Part shown: positions 28,361 through 43,242 of the stretch, piece by piece
How positions within the stretch are numbered: position 1 is the first letter of the stretch
How the letters are laid out: each line of letters opens with the position of its first letter
DNA from: Eledone cirrhosa
Lineage: Eukaryota
Assembly: GCA_964016885.1 (NCBI GenBank)
Contig: OZ024754.1
Location: 8,370,001 to 8,434,000, forward strand
Direction of reading: 5' to 3'
DNA: 64,000 nt
Translations under genes and position numbers: made by a program
The notes under the pieces: generated by a model
What the model was told of the DNA's origin: nothing
Databases searched by the model: none
The model's input: the letters and a program-made list of their open reading frames with translations, nothing else

Positions 28361-28489
28361 CTACTACTAGTGTTGTTATTGTTGTTTCTATGTAAACACA
28401 CTACTTCATGTAACCTTTCTGTGTAGTGTTTGCCTAATACAATACCCGTGTGGTAAATAAAAGCAATCGTTATTATTGCTTTTGTTTTT

Positions 28490-28680
28490 AGGGCGGTGGA
28501 TTGGCAGTATCGGTAGAGGGTCGGACGCCATGCTTTCCAGCATAGTTACGTCCCTTTACGATCTGAGTTCAAATCCCGCCGAGGTTGACTTTGCCTTTCA
28601 TCCTTACGGGGTAGATAAAATAAAGTACCAGTAATGCACTGGGTAATTGCTGGCCTTGTGCCAAAAGTAGAAACAATTAT
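28490..28680 (+). mobile_element. Near full-length Meta-like SINE (other copies 29563-29710, 43242-43320, 44313-44500, 45845-46014, 59592-59780, 59850-60022)
   Basis: tRNA-like head, conserved ttcatccttacggggt(c/a)gataaaataaagtaccag domain and (TAT)n tail. Confidence 0.8.
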
Positions 28681-28699
28681 TATTATTATTATTATTATT

Positions 28700-29500
28700 G
28701 TTCTTTGAGTCTCAGTCATTGATGTTATCTAACTGGAAAGTTTGTTGAAATGAATATCAAGCCACTACCTGCAGCCTCAGAAATTCAGGACGTATCGGAG
28801 GGTTCTTGCTGTTCCCAGCAAGCATGCCTTTTGAAGTGTTCCAAAAAGCGGGGCGGGGCCAATTTTCTTTAACCATCCCTGGAAACTTTTTGAGATAGTA
28901 CCTAGTGCGCCTATGACAATCGGGACCACTTTGACTTCATGGCAGTTCCAAATCCTTTTTACCTCCCACTTTAAGTCCTGGTGTCTGTTAATTTTTTCCC
29001 TCTCCTTCTCTTGCACTCTCTTGTCGAATGGGCAGGCCACATCCTCAATCAGGCACGATCTTTTTTCCTTGTCCAAAACCACCAGGTTAGGTCTATTGTG
29101 CTTCAGTTTCTTGTCCGTCTGTATCCTAAAATCCCACAGCACCTTCACCTGATCGTTTTCTATCACCGACTCTGGCTTATGCTCATACCACTTCTCAGAA
29201 TGTGGTAAATTGTTTACTTTGCATAGATGCCAGTGGATCACCCTGCCCATCACATCATGTCTCCAGCCTTTATAGTGAGTCTGGGCTAGGTGTTTACACT
29301 CGGATACAATGTGAGCCACAGTCTCCTCTCTCTCTTCACAGATCCTGCACAGTGGGCTAGCCTCCTCCTTGTAAATATGGTGTTTCTGCCACTTCGTTTT
29401 GAGGGTCTGCTCTTGCGCAGCCATTAGCATTCCATCTGGTCTCCTCTTTTCAACCAGTTCCATGTCTGTGGATCTCTGAATTCAGTTTTCTCAAAGAAGG
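28700..29500 (-). mobile_element. R4/Dong-like non-LTR retrotransposon 3' fragment (CCHC knuckle and restriction-like endonuclease; ORF 28777-29463)
   Basis: CRICEEREETVAHIVSEC, RHD, LWDFRIQTD, NRPNLVV, EDVACP and PIVIGALG motifs; 3' end runs into (AAT)n. Confidence 0.85.
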
Positions 29501-29515
29501 TACATCATCACCACC

Positions 29516-29549
<34 letters not shown>

Positions 29550-30116
29550 TCATCACCACCACCAGCATAGTTACGTCGTCCCTTTACGATCTGAGTTCAA
29601 ATCCCGCCGAGGTTGACTTTGCCTTTCATCCTTACGGGGTCGATAAAATAAAGTACCAGTAATGTACTGGCATAATTGCTGGCCTTGTGCCTAAAGTAGA
29701 AACAATTATTACTATTGTTATTGTTGTTGTAGTTGCTGTTAGTTATTGATATTGTTATTATTATCATCATTATCCTTATTATGATCATTATTATTGTTGT
29801 TGTTGTAGTTATTGATATTGTTATAATCATCATTATTCTCATTAGTGATAATGATTATTGCAACTAGAATGTTGTTTCAAATTGGTTTCTGTTTTCTACA
29901 CAAATCTAACATTTTCTAGTGTTTTAGTGTTGGTTTCTTTCTTCTTTTATTCCCTATTCCTTGCTCTTCTCTCCCGCAATCATTTTCTGATAACAGTGTT
30001 TACGTTGGTGATAAATTGATTGCACAATATTTTCAATCACTGTAACATGACGCTTGAGCTTATCAGTATAATAAGGTGTTCCTTCATTCCATCTCACCTA
30101 CACCCTCGCTCTTCTC

Positions 30117-30183
<67 letters not shown>

Positions 30184-31191
30184 CTCTCGCTCGCTCTCTC
30201 TCTCTCCCTCTCTCTCTCTCTCTCGCGCGCTCATTTTCTCCGTCACCGTCTAGTTCACACATTCCACACAAAAAACATACCCATACTCATCACGCCTGTA
30301 TAACAATATTTACTAACGATGCAATTTACTTTTGGCTCAGAATTATTACATCAACACTTCAGTAAGACAGACATAATATATATACAATATATACACATGA
30401 ATGTATGTGTAAGCGTTTGTTTGTATATGTGTGTATGTAAGTGGGAGTATGCGCATATTCATACAACCCTATGCATATGTATATATAAGTGTGAAGGTAT
30501 GCAGAAATGTATGATGCATATATGTATGTGATTATATGTATACGTACATGTATGTATGTATGTATGTATGTATGTATGTATGTATGTATGTATGTATGTA
30601 TGAATGTATGTATGTATGTATATGTATATGTGCCAACAACAACATAATGACCACAACATAAAGAGCATTCTAGAAAATCAACAGCAATAAATAACATTTG
30701 CTCTAGATGTCTCGCAAAGGGATCGAACAAAGGAATTCTTTTTCTTCTTTTCCTTTTTCTCCTTCGTCTTCACCTTCGTCGTCGTCCTCGTCTTCTCCGT
30801 CTTTTCCTTCTTCTCCTCCTTCTTCTCCTCCTCCTTCGTCGTCGTCGTCGTCACCCACTTATTCCCGAGAGAGAACTTAATAACTAATAAATCGAACTTC
30901 GTAAATATTCGGCCAATCTAACGTCTTCAGAAATCCGTAAAATTCGGAATATGGTTGAGTAGAAAGTTAACGTTAGCTATTTTACTATTTTACTAACTTA
31001 ATTCTGAAAATCTGATGGAAGTTTTTGGTTTGTGTTTGTCCGTATTCATTACACAACATCGCTCTGTCGGGGACTTAAATACAGAGAAAAACATGTCAGT
31101 ACATTAATTGCCGGATTAAAAAGTCAAATGACGCAATATCTTCTTGAATGTTTGGCTATTTGTTGGCTTTATTAAAATATATGGCGTACTT

Positions 31192-31908
31192 AATGACAGC
31201 TTGTCATCTAACAGACGTACTTGTCTGGCTGACATATAACTTCGTTCAACGGTAAATCAGTTAAAGAGTGTAGCTTAGTGGTTAGAGTGCTGGACTCAGG
31301 ATTCTAAGGTCATTAGTTTGATACTCGAAACGGGTGCCTCTGATGACGGCTTGTCATCTAACAGACGTACTTGTCTAGCTCACATATAAATTGGTTCAAC
31401 GGTAAATCAGTGTAGCTTAGTGGCTAGAGTGCTGGGTTCATGATTGTAAGGTCATTAGTTTGATACTCGAAACGGGTGGTTCCGATGACAGCTTGTCATC
31501 TAACAGACGTACTTGTCTGGCTAACATAACTTGTTCAGTTATGTCAGTTAAAGAGTGTGGCTTAGTGGTTAGGGTGCTGGTCCCTACTCACCACCATAGG
31601 CGTTGAGCTGGCCAGCCGCAGGTGTGAGCCTCGAAAGATGGAATGACTCTTCCAGCGCATCTCCTTTACCATCCTCTGGCGAAACGCCTTCTCCATTCTG
31701 TCAGCCAGGGATGTGGGGAGGCCAGCACGTGGGATCCAATTAACTCACCATTCAGAGAGATGGGTGGGGCGAGAGAGATGGAGGCGATGACAGTGGGAGT
31801 TCGGCTCTTCCACGTTCGGACCATATCCTAGTGGTTGAGGCCTTTAGTTCAGTTTGAGTCTCGAAACGGGTGGTTCCGATGACAGCTTGTCTTCTAACAG
31901 ACGTACTC
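31192..31908 (+). repeat. Tandem ~145-bp units containing a tRNA-like SINE head, interrupted by an insertion
   Basis: atgacagcttgtcatctaacagacgtact at ~31192, 31344, 31485 and 31879; gtgtagcttagtggttagagtgctgg A-box. Confidence 0.65.
31581..31830 (+). mobile_element. CRE-like retrotransposon 3' fragment
   Basis: Frame RRCEPRKME*LFQRISFTILWRNAFSIL; reverse-complement homologue of 4940-5155. Confidence 0.6.
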
Positions 31909-32374
31909 ATAACCTTTATAAGTATATATCATTTTAAGTTTATATCATTTTAAGAAAGCACATGATAACATGAAATAAAGTATATTGCTGAATGACATAA
32001 CATACCCCCATGAATCGAACTCATAACCGAACTCCCTAACCATTAAGCCAGGTACTTTCAAATATCCTACATTACTCCATACTGTGTATTATTCACTACA
32101 TAAGACAAACAAGGCAGTTGTTTACATCCATAACACAGCAAGTATTACAACAACAGTATTAGTATTGATCGCAACGATTATATATAATGTCGATTATTTT
32201 TATTTTAGTTTAGTTTAGTCAAAGACGAAAAGGCAATAGCCATGATAATTTTCAAGACCTCGAAACACGAGGCAGGAAAGTATAATTAATTAGAGAACTG
32301 TGCCGAATGCTTACAACGAAGTGAACCTCAATAAAGGTACCCAAATGTTAGATGGTCCTGTTAGACCTTTTTTA

Positions 32375-32820
32375 TGACACTAAACTCCGCCAGTTGCAGA
32401 CTGGGTATTAACATGTGATATCTCTCTCCACAAAGTTCGATCACCAGCAGCAGAGTTCAAAGAGCAAAGATCAAGTCCGGTCCATAAGTTGACATTGTCA
32501 AGCCATCGTTTTGGCTGCCGGCCTCTGCTTCTCTTACCAGCCAACCTTCCTTCCAAGCATAACCTAATCACACCACCAGTTGATCTTTTTATATATCCGT
32601 ATAGTTTGAGTACTCTTGACTTGACAATTGATGTAATTGGTCTAAGTTTGGTAATGTTGAGCAGCTCACTGATACAGATACGGTCGCTGAGCCGCTTGCC
32701 AATCATAAGTCTCATGATGTGGTTCTGGAATGTAGAGAGCTTCTGAAGTGACCTTGTCGTCCAATTAACACAGTCAAGACCATATAACACAACTGGTAGG
32801 ATGTAAGTATCAAAGCCTTA
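32375..32820 (-). mobile_element. RTE-clade LINE C-terminal fragment
   Basis: LYGLDCVNWT...KLYGYIKR...LEGRLAGKRSRGRQPKRWLDNV, a typical RTE C-terminus. Confidence 0.8.
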
Positions 32821-34081
32821 GACCTAGTGATGGACTAAATCCACCACAGCGGGATTTGTTTTCGAAAGGCAATCATCATACAAGACATAGTAGCCAAATT
32901 TGTACTAAACATACTGATCGATCATGTCTATGATCAATAAGTTTCCAATCGTGACAGACCTATCGTTTATCATACATACTGTACCTAGGACTACAAAACC
33001 CAATATGGCCGAAGTATTTGTTTTCTTTTCTTTTCAGGATCGCGTAAACATTCCTTTGCAATTTTCCTTTATGGTTTGTTTGTTTATTTGTTTGCTTTCC
33101 TTCTCGATGAATTCGTTGTTAAGCAATGAAAGTAAGCTACATATGGTTGTAAGTGATTCACTGAAATGAAGCTATATGTTGCTGTCACTGCGTTGATTGA
33201 AGAACTGGTGCTGAACACACAGATCCTAATGTAACTTTAGAACGAGCAATAAGCATGGAAATGGCTCCATCTTGTTCCCTACGACAAACATAAAGTTCGC
33301 TGAGGCCATCTAGATTACATGGCTTGATGATAAAATAAAACTCTTAAAGCGGAATTTGAGAAGAATATTAACCTAACTATCCTATTCTAATAGAAATCAT
33401 ATAACAATGGAAATGTTTGCGGAATACTATCAAATGAGATTCATTTCATCGATCTTAAGCAAATAAAAGACTGCTTGTTTTCGATGGCGACCATGAACTA
33501 AATATCGTAAAAAATCTCATTTGGACATAATACTGCTCAGTATATGAAAATAATAGTGTCTGTTATGTAGATATGAGCGAAGCTTGTATATATGGTTTAA
33601 TAAACATCCATATATTATTTGCATGGATTTTATTGACTCGACAGGTATAATTTACACACAATACTGGCGTCAATTAAACTAGAAACATTGAAGTGAGACA
33701 TGCTATACTTTCAAACTCCTCATCTCAGTTGATAGCCATTCCCCTAAATATAATTTTATTACATTAGTTATCTTCATTTATGTGGTTTTATTGAAATGTC
33801 AGAAGAAATAAATACATCATTGTTTCTGTTCGTGTTTAAATTTAAATTACACAGTGTTTAACTTAAATAAACTTCCCTTTATATATACATATATATATAT
33901 ATATATACAACAGTATACTCAGCTGATAATGAGTACCAGCAATAGTTGGGTTTTAAACCCTGCGATGGACTGGCGTCCTATCCAGGGGGAAGTATTGTAC
34001 TCTCAGTCGCTTCACGCCATGAAACCGGGATAAGCACCAACCAAATGAGCCTTCTGGCTTATGACAGACTTTAGACTTTAG

Positions 34082-34112
<31 letters not shown>

Positions 34113-34233
34113 TACATATATACGCATATACATACATATATACACATATATATATATACATACACACACATATATACACATATATATATATATACATACA
34201 CACACATATATACACATATATATATATATACAT

Positions 34234-34274
<41 letters not shown>

Positions 34275-35305
34275 CACACACATACATATATACATATATA
34301 TACAGTTTCATGCTTCGAGTAAATCCAGATCAAATATGATCGAGCAGATCTTTACTCAACGACATACCAATAATGATAACACCATTTTTCTAAGTGACTT
34401 ATGACTAAATTATCTAAGGCCTTCTTTCTTTTTTAAGACGACTGTGTGTGATTTAAGTACGATTTAGCTGCTATTGCTTGCGACTCGCGTGACCACGTAG
34501 ACATTCACTGTTCTCGTGACACAAACAATCTTTGGAAAGATGTAAATATTGTAAATTCTTCTTTCTCGGCTCTATAAACCTAAGTATCCGCCAATGTCTT
34601 TTGACTTTGCCTTGTAAAAAGACATTTTTTTTTATCAATAAATGAAATTTAGCTTTGCACACTACAGAAGTAGTGAAGAAAGTGAAGTGAACTTATCATA
34701 AATCAATTCATAGGGTGTCTTTTAACTTCAGTAAAACACTAATGTAGATATAACCTCAGTTTGAATGAAGAGCCAGGGTTATGATAAGCAGTAAATTCGA
34801 GCGAAAAAAAATTAATGAGATTGTTTAAGTCATGAAAGCTGGTAAGAAAAGAAACTAATCAATTTCTATTTGCCCTTAAGAAGCTACTTGTTATGGAGAT
34901 ATAATAAGTTAAAACGTAGCCAATGGCACGGCAAATCGTAAACAGAAAAAGCTAGTGTAAACAAATGGAATGTTATATATTTGAAGCAGGTCAGTTGCCT
35001 CACATAATGTTATTTTCTTTTTCAAAATAAAATTTAGCAGATTCCAAAAATATTTGTAGCATATTATTCAAAACCTATGCCAGCTTGTTGCCCCTACTTG
35101 GTAAAGTCTATATAGAATTAATGTGTTTTTCTCCTCATCACGTACGTTATTAGATCTTTTCTTCCATATATTAACTATGAATGTGGGAATGTTAACTGTA
35201 AAAATACTTTAATCGATTTAATCGACCAAAAATGTCTGTTCTTTTTCAAAAGATGCGAACATTATGTAACACATACGATACACATAAACATATATGTGTG
35301 TGTGT

Positions 35306-35354
<49 letters not shown>

Positions 35355-35583
35355 CACATATATATATATATACATATATAAATATATATACACACATATA
35401 CATACATATACACACATATATATATATATACATATATAAATATATATACACACATATGCATACATATACACATATATATACATATACACATACACATATA
35501 TGCATATACATACATATACACATATGCATATGTACTCTTTTACCTGTTCCAGCCATCTAGCTGAGGCCATGCTGGACACCGCC

Positions 35584-35728
<145 letters not shown>

Positions 35729-36404
35729 GTATGTATATATACATACATATACCTACATATATATATGTGTATATATATACATATATACATACATATATAT
35801 ATATGTATATATATATACTGTACTTACTTATATACATATACATATATATATATATGTATATATACTTATATACATATATAAATATATATATATGTATATA
35901 TACTTATATACATATACATACATATATATATATGTATATATATACATACATATATATGTATGTATACATACATATACATATATATGTATATACACATACA
36001 TATACATATATATATGTATATACACATACATATATATTTATATACACATACATATATATTTATATACACATACATATACATATATATGTATATACACATA
36101 CATATATATGTATATACACATACATATATATGTATATACACATACATATACATATATATGTATATATACATACATAAATACATAAATACATATATATATG
36201 TATATATATTAGGTATAGGATTATCCTGGATGCAGTAATGGTTAATTACTACACTGGATAGAGTTGACGTACGGTGAGAGGTTACTCAACGAGTTATGGA
36301 AGAATTGTTGAAGAAACTTAGTTCCTGATCCTTCTGTATTCCGGAGTGTAGATAGAGAATGAATAATAACAGGTAGACATCATAAAAAGGTAATTTATTC
36401 TGTG

Positions 36405-36517
36405 TGCTTACAAATGTTTCCACGGTGGTTATACAGCCTAGTTATGCTATGTGCAAATTTATAACTATTTGCAAAACTCAAATTATCAAATGCTGTGACC
36501 ACTGTATCATCAGAGCA
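36405..36517 (-). ncRNA. Type I hammerhead in the Penelope-like left arm
   Basis: Reverse complement of 38165-38276. Confidence 0.7.
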
Positions 36518-37277
36518 GAATGGTTAAAATGTAAAATGTAAATACCCTTAAGTGAGGTTATTGGGGAAGATAGAGTAGAAAAAGAAGAGAGAAGAGAAGG
36601 GGAGGGGGAGAGAGAGAGAGATGCAGGGGTTGGAGAAATGGGAGAGAGTGGTTTGTAGATATCTTAATCAAAATGTTGTGATAGGGGTTTTATTATACTG
36701 GTTTCTCTTAAAGCGACCACCTTAAGCGATGCGTTGATAGTCAAGGTTGGAATTATTTATTGCCACAGAGGGCAGGTTCATAGATGTGGAGAGGGAGGGA
36801 GGTGGACCGAGGGCGAGAGAGAGAGAGGGGGGGGAATGGATAGAGAGGGGACAGACGAAAGCTATAGGGTGGGTGTACATTGAGTTCATAGTAGTAATCT
36901 ACAAATTGCACTAAGTTTCCAATTATAGTGATAAGCAGGGTATTGTCTTGTAGTGTGGGGGAAGAGAAAGGGGTTAGCTAGAAAGCAATGTTATAGTTAC
37001 GAGTTCGAATGTTAAGTTATTTTATAGTGAGAGAATTTAGCCTTCAGTTTGTGGTTGCAGTATAATGATCGTTCGATTCTATCATTTAGTAATTTATTTT
37101 TTGATTTTAAGATGTAAAAGAGTTCAAGGTTACATAACCTACAGTACTTCAATCCACTCCGATATGCACTAGCGCTGGAAAGTATATCCCATTTCAAGGT
37201 GAACTGTTGGTTGCGTTCACGGAGTTGCCAGGTCTTGTTGGCGAGCGTGGTCACAAAACGGTGATCGGGATGTTTAA

Positions 37278-37655
37278 TTGAGAAACATTGTTTACCAATG
37301 CACTGTTGAATCGAACGACCAGAAATGGTTTTACATCGGGTCTACCACTACCTCCTTTAAATCTCGCTGGTACCGTCATCGATTCTCAATTAAACATCCC
37401 GATCACCGTTTTGTGACCACGCTCGCTAACAAGACCTGGCAACTCCGTGAACGCAACCAACAGTTCACCTTGAAATGGGATATACTTTCCAGCGCTAGTG
37501 GATATTGGAGTGGATTGAAGTACTGTAGGTTATGTAACCTTGAACTCTTTTACATCTTAAAATCAAAAAATAAATTACTAAATGATAGAATCGAACGATC
37601 ATTATACTGCAACCACAAACTGAAGGCTAAATTCTCTCACTATAAAATAACTTAA
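37278..37655 (+). pseudogene. GIY-YIG endonuclease domain of a Penelope-like element (5'-truncated; partial inverted copy at 37012-37284)
   Basis: NIVYQ...FYIGST...FKSRWYRH...CRLC..E...LLN.R.E...CNH. Confidence 0.85.
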
Positions 37656-38164
37656 AATTCGAACCCGTAACTATAACATTGCTTTCTAGCTAACCCCTTT
37701 CCCTTCCCCCACACTACAAGACAATACCCTGCTTATCACTATAAATGGAAACTTAATGCAATTTGTAGATTACTACTATGAACTCAATGTACACCCACCC
37801 TATAGCTTTCGTCTGTCCCCTCTCTATCTCTCCCTCTCTATCCATTCCCCTCTCCCTCTCTCTCGCCCTCGGTCCACCCCCCTCCCTCTCCACATCTATG
37901 AACCTGCCCTCTGTGGCAATAAATAATTCCAACCTTGACTATCAACGCATCGCTTAAGGTGGTCGCTTTAAGAGAAACCAGTATAATAAAACCCCTACCA
38001 CAACATTTTGATTAAGATATTTACAAACCACTCTCTCCCATTTCTCCAACCCCTGCATATATCTCTCTCTCTCTCCCTCTTCCCTTCTTTCTCTCTTCCT
38101 TTTCTACTCTATCTTCCCCAATAACCCCACTTAAGGGTATTTACATTGTACATTTTAACCATTC

Positions 38165-38276
38165 TGCTCTGATGATACAGTGGTCACAGCATTTGATAAT
38201 TGAGTTTTGCAAATAGTTATAAATTTGCACATAGCATAACTAGGCTGTATAACCACCGTGGAAACATTTGTAAGCA
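38165..38276 (+). ncRNA. Type I hammerhead with ~67-nt insertion in loop II
   Basis: tgct-CTGATGA-tacagtggt-[67 nt]-accaccgtg-GAAA-ca-tt-tgTA-agca; triplet GUA. Confidence 0.7.
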
Positions 38277-38323
38277 CACAGAATAAATTACCTTTTTATG
38301 ATGTCTACCTGTTATTATTCATT

Positions 38324-38383
<60 letters not shown>

Positions 38384-38971
38384 GAAAGGTATAGAAAACA
38401 CTGCAGCGAAAAGCGAACATCATTTCATAATATATAAGTGACTATAGCGTCAAAATAGGAAAAATAGTTAACGTAAGATGTGCGAAAAATAATTCAAACC
38501 CATCTCAAAGAGAATCTGGATATACATATATAAATATATATATATATATGTATATATACATAAATACATATATATGTATGTATACATACATAAATACATA
38601 TACATATGTATATCTACATACATATACATATATATGTGTATATATATACATATATACATATACATATATATGTATATATACTTACTTATATACATATACA
38701 TATATGTATATATACATACATATATACATATATATGTATATATACTTACTTATATACATATACATATATGTATATATACATACATATATACATATACATA
38801 TATGTATATATACATACATATATACATATACATACATATATACATATGTATATATACATACATATATACATATACATACATATATACATATGTATATATA
38901 CATACATATATACATATACATACATATATATATATATACATATATATGTGTATATACATACATATACACAC

Positions 38972-39019
<48 letters not shown>

Positions 39020-39100
39020 TACACATATGTCTATTTTTGTTTCTATTCAGAGATGATAGTTTTGGGCTGTTTATTTTTTCCTTTATTTACACACACACAC

Positions 39101-39190
<90 letters not shown>

Positions 39191-39494
39191 TTATATATAC
39201 ACACACACACATACACATATGTCTATTTTTGTTTCTATTCAGAGATGATAGTTTGGGGCTGTTTATTTTTTCCTTTATTTTCCTTATGAAGATATGAATT
39301 CAACTTCCTATACACGAAAATACTTTTAGTTTTAACTCTTACAACACTAACCAAAACCTATATTTGGAATAAAAACTATATGTTGTGATATTTTTATTTT
39401 AAAACATAATTTTTCATTTTCTTATTTTCGCAATATATAGATTTAATAAATTCACTGAAAAATATGATATATTGAAAGCTAAGACAAAACCGAC

Positions 39495-39553
<59 letters not shown>

Positions 39554-39574
39554 TTTATTAAAATAACAGATTAA

Positions 39575-39625
39575 AGTTTAAGCAAAGAATCGCTGCTTTC
39601 ACCCTTAACGGGATCTTCTGAAACT
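39575..39625 (-). ncRNA. Hammerhead-fold variant with CAGAAGA core
   Basis: agttt-CAGAAGA-tccc-gttaa-gggt-GAAA-gca-gcgattctt-tgcTT-aaact; all three stems pair. Confidence 0.55.
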
Positions 39626-40032
39626 AACAAAGTCAATCTGTAAACGCAGAACTGGATATTTCAAAAAACGTTGCAACCGGAGGAAGACAGGAAGACGATA
39701 CTTTGGTTCATGGTGAGGTTCGCTGGCTCTACGGTTCTTATATATTTGATATATATTTTCCTTATCGAGCCCTCTCTAGATTTTAGTCTTCAATTTTATT
39801 ATTATTACTATATATACATATATATATATATATACACATCTATGTGAATATATATGTATATATACACATAAATATATATGTATATATATAGATATGTATG
39901 TGTATATATATATGTATATATATATACATCTATGTGAATATATATGTGTATATATATATACATCTATGTGAATATATATGTGTATATATATACACACATA
40001 AATATATATGTATATATATATATATACATATG

Positions 40033-40133
<101 letters not shown>

Positions 40134-40245
40134 GAATATATATATATTTATATATGTATATATATATATATATGTATCTATAATTTATATCTATATATAC
40201 ACATAAATATATGTGTGTGTGTGTTTATAGATATATAGCTATGTA

Positions 40246-40281
<36 letters not shown>

Positions 40282-40282
<1 letters not shown>

Positions 40283-40955
40283 CTTTCTTTTTATTTGCCA
40301 CCAGGGCATCAAAAGTGGGACAAGTACAATGGGGGGAGTTTACAAAACAAGGCGTCCTCAATAAGGAGGAGGCAATAACAAGATATATAAATAAAATACA
40401 ATATAACAAAAATAAATTTAATAACAAAATCCTCAATAGGGAGGAGGCGCCTTGGGGGGTTGCACACACCCCCGAAAAAAAGTGTGCAACCCTTCTCCTC
40501 GGGAGCACAGAGAAGGGGTGCTCCCTTGATCTTTCATCTTCCTCACCTATAGTCTGATGTAGAGTGAAGGCCCATTCACACGGGCCATTCTCGCCACTTT
40601 CACCCACCTTTCATAAAAACGGCTGGGGTGCAGCACCTCTCTCTCCATCCTGATCCTTCTTCCGAAATGATATCGGAAGAAACGGACCAGTTGTTGGCCA
40701 GAGAGAAAGGTGTCTGACCTCAGTCCTTTCAGACGCGTCCACCATACAACCTCTTTCGCCATGGCTATTACGCACAGAAACACCGCCTCTCCTTCGTTTT
40801 TGAAGAGGGGAGGCGGCTTGATCGTTACAATAGACTCGGTGGTCAACCGGATCGGTCCCACCCTTGACAGCAGTTGTTCGACATAGCCCCACAGATCGGC
40901 AGTGCTCGAGCAGTATACTAATGCGTATGCAACGGTTTCCTCGTCGCACACGCAA
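40282..40955 (-). mobile_element. Tx1/L1-like LINE 3' fragment (zf-RVT-like C-terminus, 3' UTR and AATAAA)
   Basis: C..EETVAYALVYC...LW...AKEVVWWTR...; ends gcaaataaaaagaaag within (AT)n. Confidence 0.7.
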
Positions 40956-41325
40956 TATATATATATATATATAAACATACATATACATACACATAAATAT
41001 ATCGTTATCTCGCTGTCTTCTTACAATAGACAAAAGTACAATATATATTCAGTGAAATTTTCCTAATATATGTACCGCAGGTATTTTGGGAAATGTTATT
41101 CCTGTCTGTACATTTGTGCGAAATCTTCACTCGGTCTGAATAACATTTGAATATATTAGGAATAATGGGCCAAATAAAATCTAATCAAAACATGGTGGAT
41201 ATGTTGGTTGGTTTGTTGTTTGGTGTTTGTTATCGAATTTTTTTTCTTTCAGAGTTTTATGTACTCATATGTGTGACTTCCGTTTGTAAGTATTGCATAA
41301 CTAACTCACAAACGCACACACACCC

Positions 41326-41377
<52 letters not shown>

Positions 41378-41391
41378 ACATATATAAATAT

Positions 41392-41438
<47 letters not shown>

Positions 41439-41493
41439 TAGATACATACACATACGTGTGTATGTATCTATATATGTATATATATATATATGT

Positions 41494-41581
<88 letters not shown>

Positions 41582-41596
41582 ATATATGTGTTTGTG

Positions 41597-41631
<35 letters not shown>

Positions 41632-41857
41632 ATATGCCCTTGCAAGCAGGAAAAAGCAGACGTAAAATGATGATGATGATAATATATGTGTGTGTGTGTG
41701 TGTGTGTCTGAGTATGTGTGTGTGTGTGTGTGTGCCTGTGTGTGTGTCTGTGCGTGTGCGTCTGTGTGTGAGTCTGTGTGTGTGTCTATGTGTGTGTCTG
41801 TGTGCCTGTGTGTGTGTGTATGTGTGTGTCTGTGTGTGTGCGTGTGTGTGTGTGTGT

Positions 41858-41951
<94 letters not shown>

Positions 41952-42055
41952 CAAGCAGCCTAAGTATGAAGGAAAGGGTTTATAAGCCTAGCATTCGGAC
42001 GCGGAGATTTCAAATTTCTTAATGCGTCTTAAGCTCTTCAAACACATATACATGG

Positions 42056-42090
<35 letters not shown>

Positions 42091-42736
42091 AACAAAACAC
42101 GTACATACATACGTGTGTGTCTGTGTGTATGTGTGTACGTATGAGTGGTAATGTGTATGTGTGTACGTTTTTAGTTGTTATGGGTGTGATTTACATGTAC
42201 TACGTCATCGTTTATTCTCATAAAATCTTAGCTGGGTCAAAACAAGTATATCTGATATCAATGGCGCAAGAACATTCTCGTTACGATTGTGATAAATCTC
42301 TATGGTGCTTTGATATCTTTGAGTCTGGAATTCAAATTCCTCCAATTCCAAACTAGAAATCTTAATCTTTAATCTTTCTTTCTGTTACAGATAATAAGGA
42401 TTCGACAAAATATGTAACTATCTGTAAAATCTGTAAAATCTTACGGCGGCCCAAACAAACTGAATCTGTCGCTATTTGTATATATATATATATATTGTAT
42501 ATATATATATATATATATATTCTACTTTATTATATTGTATTGTATTATATAATTTTGTTGTTTATTATTTGTTATAAGTGTTTCTTGTAATTATATCATA
42601 TTATTGCCTCATGTATATTGGGTAGATGTATTAGCATTATTTTCACTATTACCATGCTTATTTTTGATATTTTTGATGTTCAAACTTCCAATAGGGCTTA
42701 ATTTCTGTGTAATAGAAAATAGATATGTGTATTGTA

Positions 42737-42773
<37 letters not shown>

Positions 42774-43100
42774 CATATATACATGTATATATTGTACCTT
42801 TTGATTTTTAATTTGGAATTTTAATGTTGGTATAGATATATTATTATTATAATGTATTATACTGTGTTATATATAATTCCTGCTCTATATAACCAAATTT
42901 GTTTAGATTTAAGTTGGTGACTTTGGACTATATTTGTAATATGGTTCTTAATGTTATCTACATCCTTAGTTATTATAATTTTATTATTTTTATCTTCATT
43001 TTTATTATCGTATATCTTTGTAAGACATTAGTGTATGTAAACTCCATATTCTTCAGAGTTTCTGGCTTGTATCTGCCGAAATTACCTCTTGTTGTTTTGA

Positions 43101-43143
43101 TTGCCCTGATGAGTCCTTAATAGGACGAAACATTGTCGGCTAA
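43101..43143 (+). ncRNA. Canonical minimal type I hammerhead ribozyme
   Basis: ttgcc-CTGATGA-gtcct-taat-aggac-GAAA-c-att-GTC-ggctaa; predicted cleavage after C43137; followed by aataaa. Confidence 0.8.
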
Positions 43144-43185
43144 TAAAAACTTTTGATGTATTAAAGGATTATTTGTTTTACTCTC

Positions 43186-43242
<57 letters not shown>

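Larger units (their letters stand above)
36211..38326. mobile_element. Penelope-like element: 5'-truncated copy with inverted pseudo-LTR (arms ~36357-37284 and 37383-38324)
   Basis: ~930-bp inverted repeat with high identity, GIY-YIG coding sequence and a hammerhead in each arm, flanked by (AT)n. Confidence 0.88.

Noticed and set aside
31266-31336. tRNA gene
   Set aside because: Only A/B-box remnants with no cloverleaf; it is a SINE head in a tandem repeat.
31325-31362. gaaac...ctgatga motif
   Set aside because: Wrong spacing and no supporting stems; the sibling tandem units lack ctgatga.
32924-33300. Possible host exon after ttttcttttcag (33037)
   Set aside because: No recognisable protein similarity or convincing donor site; it cannot be supported without transcripts.
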